Both the position numbers and the translations under genes were made by a program. DNA of 64,000 nucleotides from Takakia lepidozioides (lineage: Eukaryota > Plantae > Bryophyta). Below the pieces are notes generated by a model, which did no database searches, was not told the origin of the DNA, and saw only the letters and a list, made by a program, of their open reading frames with translations. Location: NCBI GenBank assembly GCA_030704615.1, contig CM060733.1, positions 62,744,001-62,808,000 of the forward strand, given 5' to 3'. This document shows positions 1-11,143 of this stretch, one piece after another. Position 1 is the stretch's first letter; each line of letters begins with the position of its first letter.

Positions 1-3000
1 TGAGGCTAAGTTTATATACCCGATAGAGTATACAACTTGGTTGTCACCCATTGTGATAGTTCCCAAGAAGAATGGTAAACTGAGAGTTTGTGTGAACTAT
101 AAGAAGTTGAATGCTTGCACGAAGAAATATCATTTTCCCTTGCCATTCACAGAAGCGGTATTGGACACTGTGGCAGGCCATGAGATGTACTCATTCATGG
201 ATGGTTTCAGTGGTTATAATCAAGTGCAAGTGGCAGAAGAAGACCAGGGAAAGACAGCTTTCATCACAGACTGGGGTGCTTATGCATACAAAGTCATGCC
301 TTTTGGACTTTGTAATGCACCAGCAACCTTTCAGAGAGTGATAAGTGAATCTTTTCATGAGTATCTGGATGATTTCATGCAGGTGTTCTTGGATGATTTC
401 AGTGTGTACAGCTCTAAGAATGAGCACTTGCATAAATTGGAGTTATGTTTGGCCAGATGCAGGATGAGAGGTCTGGGCCTGAATCCAGAGAAGTGTACTT
501 TCTGTGTGAACTCAGGGGTGCTTCTGGGACACATTGTGTGTAAGAGGGGACTTCTTGTGGATCCCAGGAAGACAGAGGCCATTAAAGCCTCTCCACCACC
601 AATAAATGTTAAGAGTCTAAGGAGATTCCTTGGACAAACCAGTTATTACAGAAGATTTGTCAAAAGGTATGCACAGATAGCAGCACCATTGAGCAAGCTT
701 CTGAAGAAAGATGCAGTGTTTGCATGGACAGCTGAATGTCAACAGGCTTTTGAGGAACTTACATTGTCAGTAACAACTACACCTGTGCTGATTAACCCTC
801 ACTGGCATGTAGTATTTCATGTTCACTGTGATGCCTCAGGAGAAGCGTTGGGAGCGGTGTTAGCCCAAAATGTTACAAGAAATATAGATTCACCTGTGTA
901 CTATGCTAGCAGGTTGATGAATAGTGCTGAAAGGAACTATAGCACAACTGAAAGAGAAGCACTGGCAATGATTTATGCAGTCAAGAAATTCAGGCATTAC
1001 CTATTGGGAAGAAAGTTTATGTTTTATGTGGATCACTAGGCTCTGATATATCTGGTGAACAAACCTTTGATAAGTGGAAGGATAGCAAGGTGGTTAATAA
1101 TCTTGCACGAGTTTGAGTTCGAAGTTGTTTACAAGCCTGGCCATTTGCATCTTGTGGCAGATCATTTGTCACGCCTAACAACAGGAGAGCCCGCCACAGG
1201 AGTAGACGACCAATTACCTGATGCGAGTTTATTTGCAATGGAGGTGTAGGGAAGTGCAGATGAATGGTTAGATTGGCAGTGGCCAATCAGATACTACCTT
1301 ACTCATGGTCAGTGCCCACCTGATAAGGAGCAGAGGAAGAGAATCGCTATCAAGGCTTTACCCTATACTATGGTAGGGGGCAGAATGTATAAGCTAGGAC
1401 CTGATGGAGTACTTAAACGATGCTTGTACCACCATGAAGTAAATAAAGTTTTGGAGGAAGTTCATAAAGGAGTGGCTGGAGGTCATTTTGGAGAAGAGAC
1501 TACCAGTAGGAAGATACTACTTGCAGGTTACTGGTGGCCTACTTTGTTCAAAGATGTACACAAGTATTGTCAGAGTTGTGATGAATGTCAGAGGCTAGGA
1601 CCTTTGCACAGATCTGGGAAGATGGCTTTGCATCCTACGATGCCTACTGAACCATTTCAGAAATGGGGATTAGACTTTGTTGGACCAATTAGCCCACCAG
1701 CCAAGAATACACAGAACAAGTACATAATTACAGTCACTGATTATACTACGAAGTGGGTGGAAGCTTAAGCTTTGAGGGACAACACAGCCAAGTCCACAGC
1801 AAAGTTCCTATATGAGAACATACTTACACGATTTGGCTGTCCCCTGGAATTTATCAGTGACCTAGGAAGTCACTTCATTAATGAGACCATTGAACTATTG
1901 ACTAAAGAGTTCATGATTGTGCATAGGAAGAGTACAACATATTACCCACAGGGTAATGGGCAGGCAGAGGCTACCAACAAAATACTATGTACTATCTTGG
2001 CTAAGATAGTCAATGCAAACAGAACGGATTGGGATACAAAGCTGCTGACAGCTTTGTGGTCATACATGACTTCATATAAAGTCACCACTAAGTATACACC
2101 ATTCCAATTAGTTTATGGTATGGAAGCTTTACTTCCAAGGGAATTCTTGTTACCTACCATGAGAACTGAATGGGGAAAGAGAATGGAATTGGAAGATTCA
2201 ATTAAGGTCAGGAAACATAAATTATACCATGTGGAAGAAGTACGTGCTGATGCAGCTGATAACATGACCAGAATTCAGATGAAGAGGAAGGAACAGTTTG
2301 ATGAAGGCAAATTAAAGACTTTTGAGACGAGAGATTTGGTTCTCTGGTTGCAGAAGAAGGGGAAGATTAAAGCTTCTAAGCTTAAATCACCATGGAAAGG
2401 ACCTTATGTCATACAGAAGATGTATGATAACAACACCGCCATGTTACAAACCATTAACAAAGAGATGCTGGGAAGAGTCAATGCCAATAAGTTGAAGGGA
2501 TACAGTGGTATCCATGACAAACCATTGCAGCACGATTTGCATGTTGAAACGCAAAAGCTGTCACGAGCTGCGCCAATGATACCAACGAAGTATGAAGCAC
2601 TTGTCGTTAAGCCGAGCGTGTATGACCAAGGCGGGAAGTACAAGCGTGACACAGCCTATCACAGCCCACCACACTGCCACACAGCCTGTCACAGCCCAAC
2701 ACAGCCCATACAGATTACACAGTCCATGGGGTCAGTGACAAGTGGACGCAAATTAACGTTTAAAAAATGGCCATCGAGTGAAGAGGAAGTTTGGAAGTCA
2801 AACTTGGAGAACATCAAGCCCACATTGATATGGCGCTCGAAATAAAAACATCAGGCAACCACAAGTTTTTATTTTGTACAGCGACTACTCCGAGCTTCCA
2901 TCATCAGAAATACCACTGCGGCATAAGAAACCTGTGGAACTACCATATCCCGGAGCCTGCGCCCTCCAATCACCCTCCACAATGATCCTTACCGCGCTAT

Positions 3001-3270
3001 GCTGCTGCGTTTACATTCACAACACGAACCACCGAGTCGTCGAACCACAGGTCCAGAATTAGGAGTAGTGCGGTACTCGTCCACTGCGCATTGCCGTTTT
3101 CTGGATTAAGATGGCGAACATAAAGATACAAGATATCTATAGAGGTCACGTTCGTGAAAACATGCAGATATTGGAGGCCTCCTATTGGGACCTCCTCCAC
3201 AACGTCGTGAAATTCGCAAACATCTAGGACAAACCTGTTCCGATTCTCCCTTAGTGTCAACAATATATTC
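1..3270 (+). mobile_element. Ty3/gypsy non-chromovirus (Athila/Selgy/Phygy-like) retrotransposon, family B copy 1; partial and decayed
   Basis: RT (MPFGLCNAPATFQR, FLDDF), RNase H (CDASG, NYSTTEREALA) and integrase ([21 protein letters not shown]) occur in gypsy order, closely similar to 22000-24600. No LTR is in view. The downstream 2790-3270 has a GNHKFLFC motif resembling GNHTFMLC in the 3' extra ORF of the other copies. Confidence 0.9.
41..2845 (+). pseudogene. pol (RT-RNaseH-integrase) with premature stops
   Basis: ORF pieces 41-1039, 1055-1249, 1370-1768 and 1772-2845 are colinear with the longer pol ORFs of copies 2 and 3. Stops occur at ~1037, ~1247, ~1322 and ~1766. Confidence 0.9.
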
Positions 3271-3278
3271 CCTGGCCC

Positions 3279-3713
3279 AAGCTTTGATAGCAATTCTCTT
3301 CCTCTGCTCCTTACCATAACTAGGTGGGCACTGACCATGAGCAAGGTAGTATCTGATTGGCCACTGCCAATCTAACCATTCATCTGCACTTCCTTGCACC
3401 TCCATTACAAATAAACTCGCATCAGGTAACTGATCGTCCACTCCTGTGGCGGCCTCTCCTGTTGTTAGTCGTGACAAATGATCTGCCACAAGATGCAAAC
3501 GGCCAGGCTTGTAAATAACCTCGAACTCAAACTCATGCAAGATTATTAACCACCTCGCTATCCTTCCACTTATCAAAGGTTTGTTCACCAGATATATCAG
3601 AGCCTGGTGATCCACATAAAACATAAACTTTCTTCCCAATAGGTAATGCCTGAATTTCTTGACTGCATAAATCATTGCCAATGCTTCTCTTTCCGTTGTG
3701 CTATAGTTCCTCT
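3279..3713 (-). pseudogene. Inverted RNaseH/integrase-linker fragment of family B
   Basis: The minus-strand translation NYSTTEREALAMIYAVKKFRHYLLG...RKRIAIKA matches ~930-1360 in reverse orientation. It abuts Mutator sequence at 3713. Confidence 0.9.
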
Positions 3714-4115
3714 GCGGCGCCGCATTTCCATGTCCGTCATCGACTTTTTTTTTACAATGGAATGCGTTGCCAATTTTTGCTGATGGGCCTGCAGTTCGAA
3801 CAACGACCATCCCCAATGTGGAAATGCGGCACCGCATTTCCAATTCCGCCATCTCCACCTCCTTCTTCGACCTCTTTGTTCGACCTCTGTAAGCGTGGTG
3901 GCATCCATGCAATGAGCGGGAGAGGCCAAAACTGGCGTGTGGACAAAGGAAATTTTGGAAATGCGGCACCGCATTTCCAATCGGCCGATTACTTTTTACT
4001 ATGCCAACATTGAAATGGAAAATTTAGTCCCTCCCCTCTTTTGGAAATGCGGTGCCGCATTTCCAAAAGAGGTTTTTAGAGTTGCCAAAATTTTGGAAAT
4101 GCGGTACCCCATTTC
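3714..4115. repeat. Cluster of 22-bp palindromes (GGAAATGCGG-NN-CCGCATTTCC) downstream of the MTase gene
   Basis: Copies at ~3714 (truncated), ~3820, ~3957, ~4043 and ~4095. Confidence 0.85.
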
Positions 4116-4252
4116 TGATTTTGGGAGCGTCGTGGTTTGGGCGATTGTGTGGCTGGAATGTACACTGGAGAGGGGTCACGAATGTCGGGGAGAATTTCCT
4201 TTATATACTCTGGAAGAGAATTTACATTTACAGAGACTTCATTAAAATTCTA

Positions 4253-6995
4253 TTAATCTTGAAAATCATCCGAATCCTCATCCTGTTCTAGACTGTCCTG
4301 CTCCGCCTCCACCCCCTCAGTGCCTTTCTCATCTCCAGCGGACTGCTCGTTGGCCAGACTTTCGAAAATCCCATCTTCCCCTTGCGGAACTGTCCATCTC
4401 ACCTCCGTTGGGTCGTCTTCCTCCCTGTCTGCGTCGCTCTCATCCGCTGAATCACATATGTACTTTCGTACCCGTCTACCTGTCTGAGCTGCTACCAACT
4501 CTTTCCTTATCCTTCTGTCCTCCCTAGCCCTCTCCAAAATCTGCTCTACTTTCCTGGGATTCTCACTTCTTCTAATCGCTGTATTTGCGAGTTTAGTTGC
4601 ATAACTAGGAAGGGAGTAGTCCCTCACCGGGCTCGTCATGAAGTCGGCCCTCGCAAAGAACGGGACATTCTTCCTGGCAGGAAGTGTAGGCCCTACATGT
4701 TTCGACCCGGACCCTGCAATCCTGCACATGACAATCATCAACGAGACTAATGAGAACCACAGTCCGGAAATTCGTTTGACAAAAATGACCCAGAATGCTT
4801 TGCAAACTTACAATGTTTGCACTCACTCGTATTCCGGGTTCTCCTCCGCATCAATGTCCACTGTGTCTTCCTCGGACTCCGACGAATCCGAGGAGACTTC
4901 CGCTCTGTCGGGAGCCTTAACATTCCGTTGCAGCCCTTCGAGATGGGATCCCCACACGGATGAATCCTCCTCGTAGGCAAAGAGGTGCCGGTCGGAAAAC
5001 CGCCCAGCCCACATTGAGGCACCTGTTACAATGCCATCCACACATTACAACATCGCGCTTCAGATGTTGCGAACTACATCCTAACGAGAATTTGCAGAAC
5101 AACATAGATCAAGATTCTGCATACCTGTCCCACAGATGAGGTCCAGCACTGTGCCCTCCACGTCTGTGCATGTCTCCATAATTCTCTGAATGAAGGCAGG
5201 GCTCCGAGTCCGTGAGTACCGCAGGGGTTCCGTTGAAGTGAGGCTATGAGGGAGAAGTTCCTTGGGAACGTTGTTGAACAGAACGTCGTAATCGAGGGGG
5301 TCGCAGTTCGGGTCAACCTTTCCTCCCTCCTTCCGGAAAGCAAAGGTGGAGTTCTCCTTCACAAAGCAGTATGCATCGAACTGCTTCGTCTGCATACACA
5401 GGGGGGAACGATTAGAAACCGAATGCGGCACCGCATTTGAAAACACCCAAGCAAATGAATGGACGAGTGCCAGTGTCGTAATCACCTTCTTCCCTTCCGA
5501 CCGAAGGCCCAGTGTGTTGATGCACGTCCACTTCTTTTTCAGAATCGGGACGGCGCTCTTGCGGGTCCACTTCGCAATTCCTGTCTGAGTGTTTTTTCCT
5601 CTGCTCGCCAGGACAATCACACAGCCTCTGTCATCCAACACCATGCGGGCAAGCCCGAATCCTTTCTTCCAAAAGTCCTCCGAGTACCTGTTCCAAGATG
5701 GCAAAGCTTGCAGTCCTTCCACAGGCTCTCCGTCCGGAATATCCAAGATGATCATATCGCAAGACCACTCGGTGGCATTTCCGCCCCTCCTACAATCCTT
5801 GTCTGCACACACCCTCTCAAAGAACGAGACCATATTCTGAAATCCTGGGGTGTCGGAAGGCTCTTCGGCAGTCGCCTTCTTCAGTGCTCTGCCCTTCAGA
5901 CCCTCCATGGTCTTCATGTATGCCAACTTGGCTGCCCGTCCATCCAAAGCCGCCAAGAAACTCTCATTTACACACTGGACTACTGTTTCGGGAGCCACTT
6001 TCGGCCTCTTCATTTCCACCGGCTCGAAAGGGTGCCCCCCTGGGGGGTTGAAGAGTGCCTTCTTTGCCGAGCCAGTTCTCGTGCCTCTCGTGACAACGGT
6101 GGGCACAGGGGAGGCAGCCTACGTTTGGGGGGGTGGGCTGGTTGCAAAGTCTCCATCGGAGTCCTCTTCCTCACCCTCTTCCTGAACAGGCTGTTTCTTT
6201 GTTTTGGCGGGTGTCACAATGCTCCTTGCTGGCGAGTCCTCTTCTTCGACCCCTTCTGTTGGGCCTGCACAGCTGCATCCACCGTCTTTTGTGCCATCTC
6301 AGCTGCCTTTCTGGATTCTTCCAGAGCAGCAGATTCCTTTGCCGACTTTGGCCCAGCAGGGACACGTCTTTCCTTTCTCTTCTCTTCTGCCAAGGCGTGC
6401 AGATCTTTCTCAGACTCGTCAACAATACCGCCAGACATATCCAGGTACCAGGGGCATCCAACGAGATGCGCGGGATGCCATTGTTTCTCCATCTCGGGTG
6501 TGTAGACACAGCTTGGGCCCGCCACGGTCCAAGCCATGAAGAACGGGGGCTCTTGAGCCAGGGCCCTTGTCTGAAGGAGCACGTATTTCATATACCTGCA
6601 AGGCAGTCAGCATGCGTGAGCATAAGATTGGACGAACCTACTCGCAGAGTGCCACCGAAAACATAAAATGCGAATGCGGTGCCGCATTTCCGAGACAAAC
6701 CTCGTAACCAGGCTTCGCATACAAGGGCAGCTGTGCTTCACTTGTAAACAATTCGCATTGCAGCTTTCCCCGCTCCCTCCTGGTGTGTAAACTCCACGCT
6801 GCTTCTTGCTGTCTGTAGCTCTCTGGCGAAAAGGTTGTCCTTGTACGCACATCTGAAACGTGTCACGTAGTCTTCCAATGTCTGTGTTCCATCCCATTTG
6901 ACGTACAAGCCGAACGAATTTGTGTGCATTACGACTTGCTCCTTCGCATTCGACATTACCTGCGATTCCCAAATGCATTGTCACGTAGTAGTTGC
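4253..6995 (-). pseudogene. 3' exons of ParB-methyltransferase gene: beta-class N6-adenine/N4-cytosine DNA methyltransferase domain with acidic C-terminus
   Basis: Exons 6995-6742, 6595-5486, 5389-5125, 5022-4827 and 4721-4253 are joined by GT-AG introns with compatible phases. Motif IV-like DMIILDIPDG (5732-5743) and ARMVLDDRG precede RSPAFIQRIMETCTDVEGTVLDLICGT|GASMWAGRFSDRHLFAYEED (motifs X, I, II), which is the permuted beta order. There is a frameshift near 6975, another near 6220-6250, and a TAG near 6120. Confidence 0.75.
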
Positions 6996-7344
6996 GGATT
7001 GCTTGGGAGCATTATTGTAAGTGACAAGCATTGCTCCTACACATTGAGATAATTTGTGTTGATTTGGAGCAATTGTCAAGTGATGAGGAGACAAATGCAT
7101 GATTGCTCGGCAATGGAGATATGGTAGTTTGCAATCAAATCCCAAGGACTAGAAGGGGGATTGATTTGGTGGACAATGACTTGCAAGTTGAGTTGGACCA
7201 CTCTTGGTTGCACATTGGGGTGGAAGAGAGCAAGAAGATGCCTCTTATGACCACCTAGAGACCATATTTTTGCTTGAGTAGAAGCATAGAAGTCAAGGAC
7301 TTGCATTCTAGCTCTTCATTACAAACCCTAGTAGTGAATGCTCA

Positions 7345-7735
7345 GACTATACCTCTGTTAGTATACCAAACAAGAGCTTGTCCCTTTGACTATACCTCTG
7401 TTGAGGTATCACCATATGTAAACCCTAATGTGAGACTATACCTCTGTTAGTATACCAAACATGAGCTTGTCCATTTTACTATACCTCTATTGAGGTATCA
7501 CCATATGTGAACCCTAATCAGTTCAGACTATACCTCTATTAGTATACCAAACAGGAGCTTGTCCCTTTTACTATACCTCTGTTGAGGTATCACCATATGT
7601 GGACCCTAATCAGCTCAGACTATACCTCTGTTAGTATACCAAACAGAACCCTCATTTTCAAACTATACCTCTATAAAGGTATCATCAACATAAGGGACCC
7701 TAGCAACCTCAGACTATACCTCTGTTAAGGTATCA
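7345..7735. repeat. Tandem repeat, ~90-bp dimeric unit (9 x CTATACCTCT core)
   Basis: Cores at ~7347, 7390, 7436, 7479, 7528, 7571, 7620, 7663 and 7714. Alternate subunits contain ATACCTC-tgtt-GAGGTAT and an ACCCTAAT motif. Confidence 0.9.
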
Positions 7736-7774
7736 ACAATGAAAGGACAGTGTGAAATTTAAGGGCCTTTGGAT

Positions 7775-7875
7775 GATTGTTTGGAAGATATTTGAGGGCC
7801 CTTGGAGGAGTATTTGGAGGATCTTTGGGGTCCTTGGAGGAGTGTTTGGAGGATCTTTGGGGTCCTTGGAGGACC
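7775..7875. repeat. ~33-bp tandem repeat, about 3 copies
   Basis: CCTTGGAGGAGT(A/G)TTTGGAGGATCTTTGGGGT is repeated. Confidence 0.75.
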
Positions 7876-8547
7876 CTTCGAGGAGCTTTGGTGGACAATG
7901 TTGAAGAGCTCTTGAAGGATTGATTGAGGGATATTGAAGGATACTTGCCACGGCCATACAAGCGAGTGGATAGAGACAGGAGGGAGAGTGGTGGGATGAG
8001 AGCATTCTGGGGTTAGGAATTGCTTTAGTTTCTCTTCTCCATAGTCTTTCACCCTCTCTGTAGGCCAAAACCTTTCCGTAGGTGGAGGCAAGAGTCAGTC
8101 CGGGTTTGGGCTGGGGTGTCTTTGCAGGAGCGACACTGTGGAGTGTTTTTGGTGTGGGGGAGTTGCTGTCTTGATTTTCTTGTGTTTGGATCCCCTCCAC
8201 ACCTGCATGCTTGACTATGCGCCATGTTAGCTTTGTGTGGGCGCTTGTTTTCATAGGAGGTTGGTCCGGATTTGATCACCAGCCAATCCTAGAGTATGCT
8301 GTCGGTGGTGAGGCTGGAGTGATGACCAGCAAGACCACCGGTGTTTCTTCTATGGTGAGGCTGGGTTGATGACCAGACCATAGGAGTGCTTGCGGTGGAT
8401 GCAGGTGCAGGTACAGGTCTACGTTAGAAACCTATTATTCCTGCTTGAACCAGTAGCCGCAACAGGTTCTTTACCTGGTTACCTTGTAGAAAGTGGGGAT
8501 TAGAGACAGGTTGACAACCGGTTGGGTTGTGAGTTTTCATCACGGAG

Positions 8548-10532
8548 GTGCCACCAGCTGCTGAGGGGAGTGCCGGTACAAGCACCAGCGATACTAGTGG
8601 GTACACAAGACAAGGTGTGCGGTTTAGGCCACTTTCACCTTCAGTGTCTTCTGAGGAAGGTTCAGACTCGGAGTCAGGAGGATTCTCGCCGAGGGTGCAA
8701 GTCATTTCCGTGCCATTGTTGTGGGACACGATGGAGGAGATGTATGGAGCTACCAAGGGGCCACGTAGGTACTCTGGAGCTGTGGGCACCATCGAGCTTG
8801 ATGACTTTATACAAGAGTTTGACAGTTGGTGTGATTTGCAGCAAATGCGCAATCCACAACTGTTTACGCCCTTTATGGCGTGGAAGGGGCTATTCCAGCA
8901 CCTTGAGGGGCCGCCCATGGATGATTACCATGAATTTAGCGGGGACATGCGGTGGAGATTGAGGAGTAGCGAGAGTATTGGTCACCTAACTATGTCTCAA
9001 TCACTAGAGGCACAAGGGCAGCTACACAAACATCTCCAACTACAAGCACTAGTAGTGGAACAAGTAGTGCCGGCACTTCTGCAGGTGGTACCAGTTCAAA
9101 AGGTGCTACTACTCCTCCTGCCACAATTACAACACATGTGCCTAGATTCAATCCGGTGGTGGAGTTCTTCCAGGAGTTGCGGATGAACTACCAAGGTGTA
9201 CGGACAGAGAAGCTGCGAAGTTTGCAAGACTTCCAACGCAAATCCAATGAGAGTTTGCGAGAGGCCTACACTCGTATGAGGCGCTTGATAAGTGTGACCC
9301 AAGGGGTTACTGAAGCTCAGGCAGTCCAGTTCTGGTATGGAATTTTGGACAAGGAGCTCAAGAGAAGGGTGCGGGATGCAACCCTGTTACAAGCGGCCCA
9401 ACCCACATTAGCGGATGTGTTTCTGCTGGCTGAGCGGATTGAGCTCAACATGGTGGAGGAGCGAGTTGTTACCATTGGATTTGGCAAGGACATGCCTGCA
9501 CGAGGTGCAACTGCCAGCCAACAGGTACAAGGGACTGCCCAACAGCGTGGTCAGGGGGGCAAGGTTGCCCAACCCAAGTTCCATGGAGCTTACAGGGGAC
9601 CTCAGGTGCAGAGGCCCGTGGCATCTTTTGCAGGCCAACAGCAACCAGGGGTGATATGTTGGACATGTGGAGGACCCCATGTCAAGAGAGATTGCCCAGA
9701 GAGTGGCAGAAGGCCGACACAAGCACAGCCTGCACAGTTGCAGTGTGGGCATTGTGGCAAGTATGGGCATGGAGATGCCCAGTGTTATGACTTGCACCCT
9801 GAGTTGCGCCCAGGCCAGTTCCAAGGGAACAATGGTGGCCGGGGGTGAGGTGGACCAGCCCATAGAGGACGAGGTGGTTGGGCATGAGGTGCAGGCCAAG
9901 GGCAAGCTCAACATGGCCAAGGACGCGGAGGTCAGGGTGTTGACCAAGACATGGCCAACCGGCTTCAGCAGCTAGAGCAGAGGCTCGCTGCCATGGCTAC
10001 AGCTCAGGTGGTACCGGCTCCCAGGCGGGATGGTCCACCTCCTGCTCCTGAGGGAGGAGATATGGGAGGCATGGGATTCATGTGTGGAGCAGTACTACCA
10101 CTAGTGCAGATGGAGTCTACTACAGCCGTGACTCGAGGAGCAGCACGAGTTCCTGAGCCACGAGGTGTAGAGGTGGAATTGGATCCACAGCGTGGGGAGG
10201 CAAGCCGTCAGGCAAGGCTTCCTCAGTCATTCACATTGGCGGAGACAGTGTCGATGCCATCCATGGCACCTAGTTCTCGCCCGACTGTTACCGAGGCGGA
10301 GGTTACTATGCCATTGGGGAGAGCTACACGTGCAACACTGACACCTGCTACCAAGGCTAGTGCAGCCGGTGTGTTATTGGGGGCAGCCACCTCTGTGTGT
10401 CAAGCCCCAGTGTTCTCGGCAACCATGATTGCGACGCCGGGGGTAAGACCAGCTGCAGTGTTCAGACTAGCAGCAACACTCTGCGAGAGTGGGAGGTCAC
10501 TTCATCTTCTGCGGAGTTACTGGAAGGTGTAG
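8548..10532 (+). pseudogene. gag of the DNMT element (frameshifted)
   Basis: Capsid-like LQDFQRKSNESLREAYTRM and zinc knuckles CWTCGGPHVKRDC and CGHCGKYGHGDAQC. Split over ORFs 8548-9186, 9138-9848 and 9951-10532. Confidence 0.8.
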
Positions 10533-11143
10533 TGGCAGAGGGATCCTCGGATTTGAGGGTCAAGACTGCCACGGCTGTGCCATGGCAAGCTGCAGCTGCC
10601 AGGTTGACGGAGCTGCCAGCTAGGCCAGCCTTTGAGCGCGCCATGGTGACACCTGGAGTTGTCTTGTTAGACAACCAGGGAGGCATTTTCACTTTGAGTG
10701 GACCGGCAGGCAAGAAGTACCGGCCACTGCGGGTCTTGTTGGACTCAGGAGCTCAGCCACTGATGTTGAGCAAAGCTGCTATTGCAGGTTTGGGCCTCAT
10801 GGAGGCGGATATGGAGCCTTGTCCTTTCCAGATACAGACATCTCTGGGAGGATCAGAGCAGGCTCGGGGCATGACACGGCGTGAGTTGGCCATTGGACTA
10901 CAACCAGATCATCCTGTAAATGGCTCAGTGATGCGAGCCAAGGCCATTGTGACAGACGCGGTCTCTTACAATGTCCTTGTTGGTGGGACAGTGTTATATC
11001 CCATGGGCTTCATCCTGGACTTTTGGGAGGAGTCAGCATCCTACAGGCCTGGATGGCAGTCAGGGGATGGTCGTCGTGCACAGCTCCTTGTGACATTCAT
11101 TGGGGTATTGCGGCTGCCCAGCGGGGCAAGATGCCAACACTAG
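10397..11143 (+). pseudogene. Aspartic protease of the DNMT element
   Basis: VLLDSGA active site and downstream YNVLVGG. Confidence 0.8.

Larger units (their letters stand above)
3714..6999 (-). mobile_element. Displaced 3' half of the Mutator-like element (methyltransferase half)
   Basis: Carries the same GGAAATGCGGnnCCGCATTTCC palindrome as 40877-42418. Its reading frame continues the ParB gene from 44798 across an ATCC microhomology. The left end is truncated by family B DNA. Confidence 0.75.

Noticed and set aside
3106-3969. 287-aa ORF as a real fusion gene
   Set aside because: It is chance read-through across the junction at 3713 between non-coding Mutator DNA and an RNaseH fragment.
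5459-6505. 348-aa plus-strand ORF
   Set aside because: It is the antisense shadow of the MTase exon and has no recognisable motifs.
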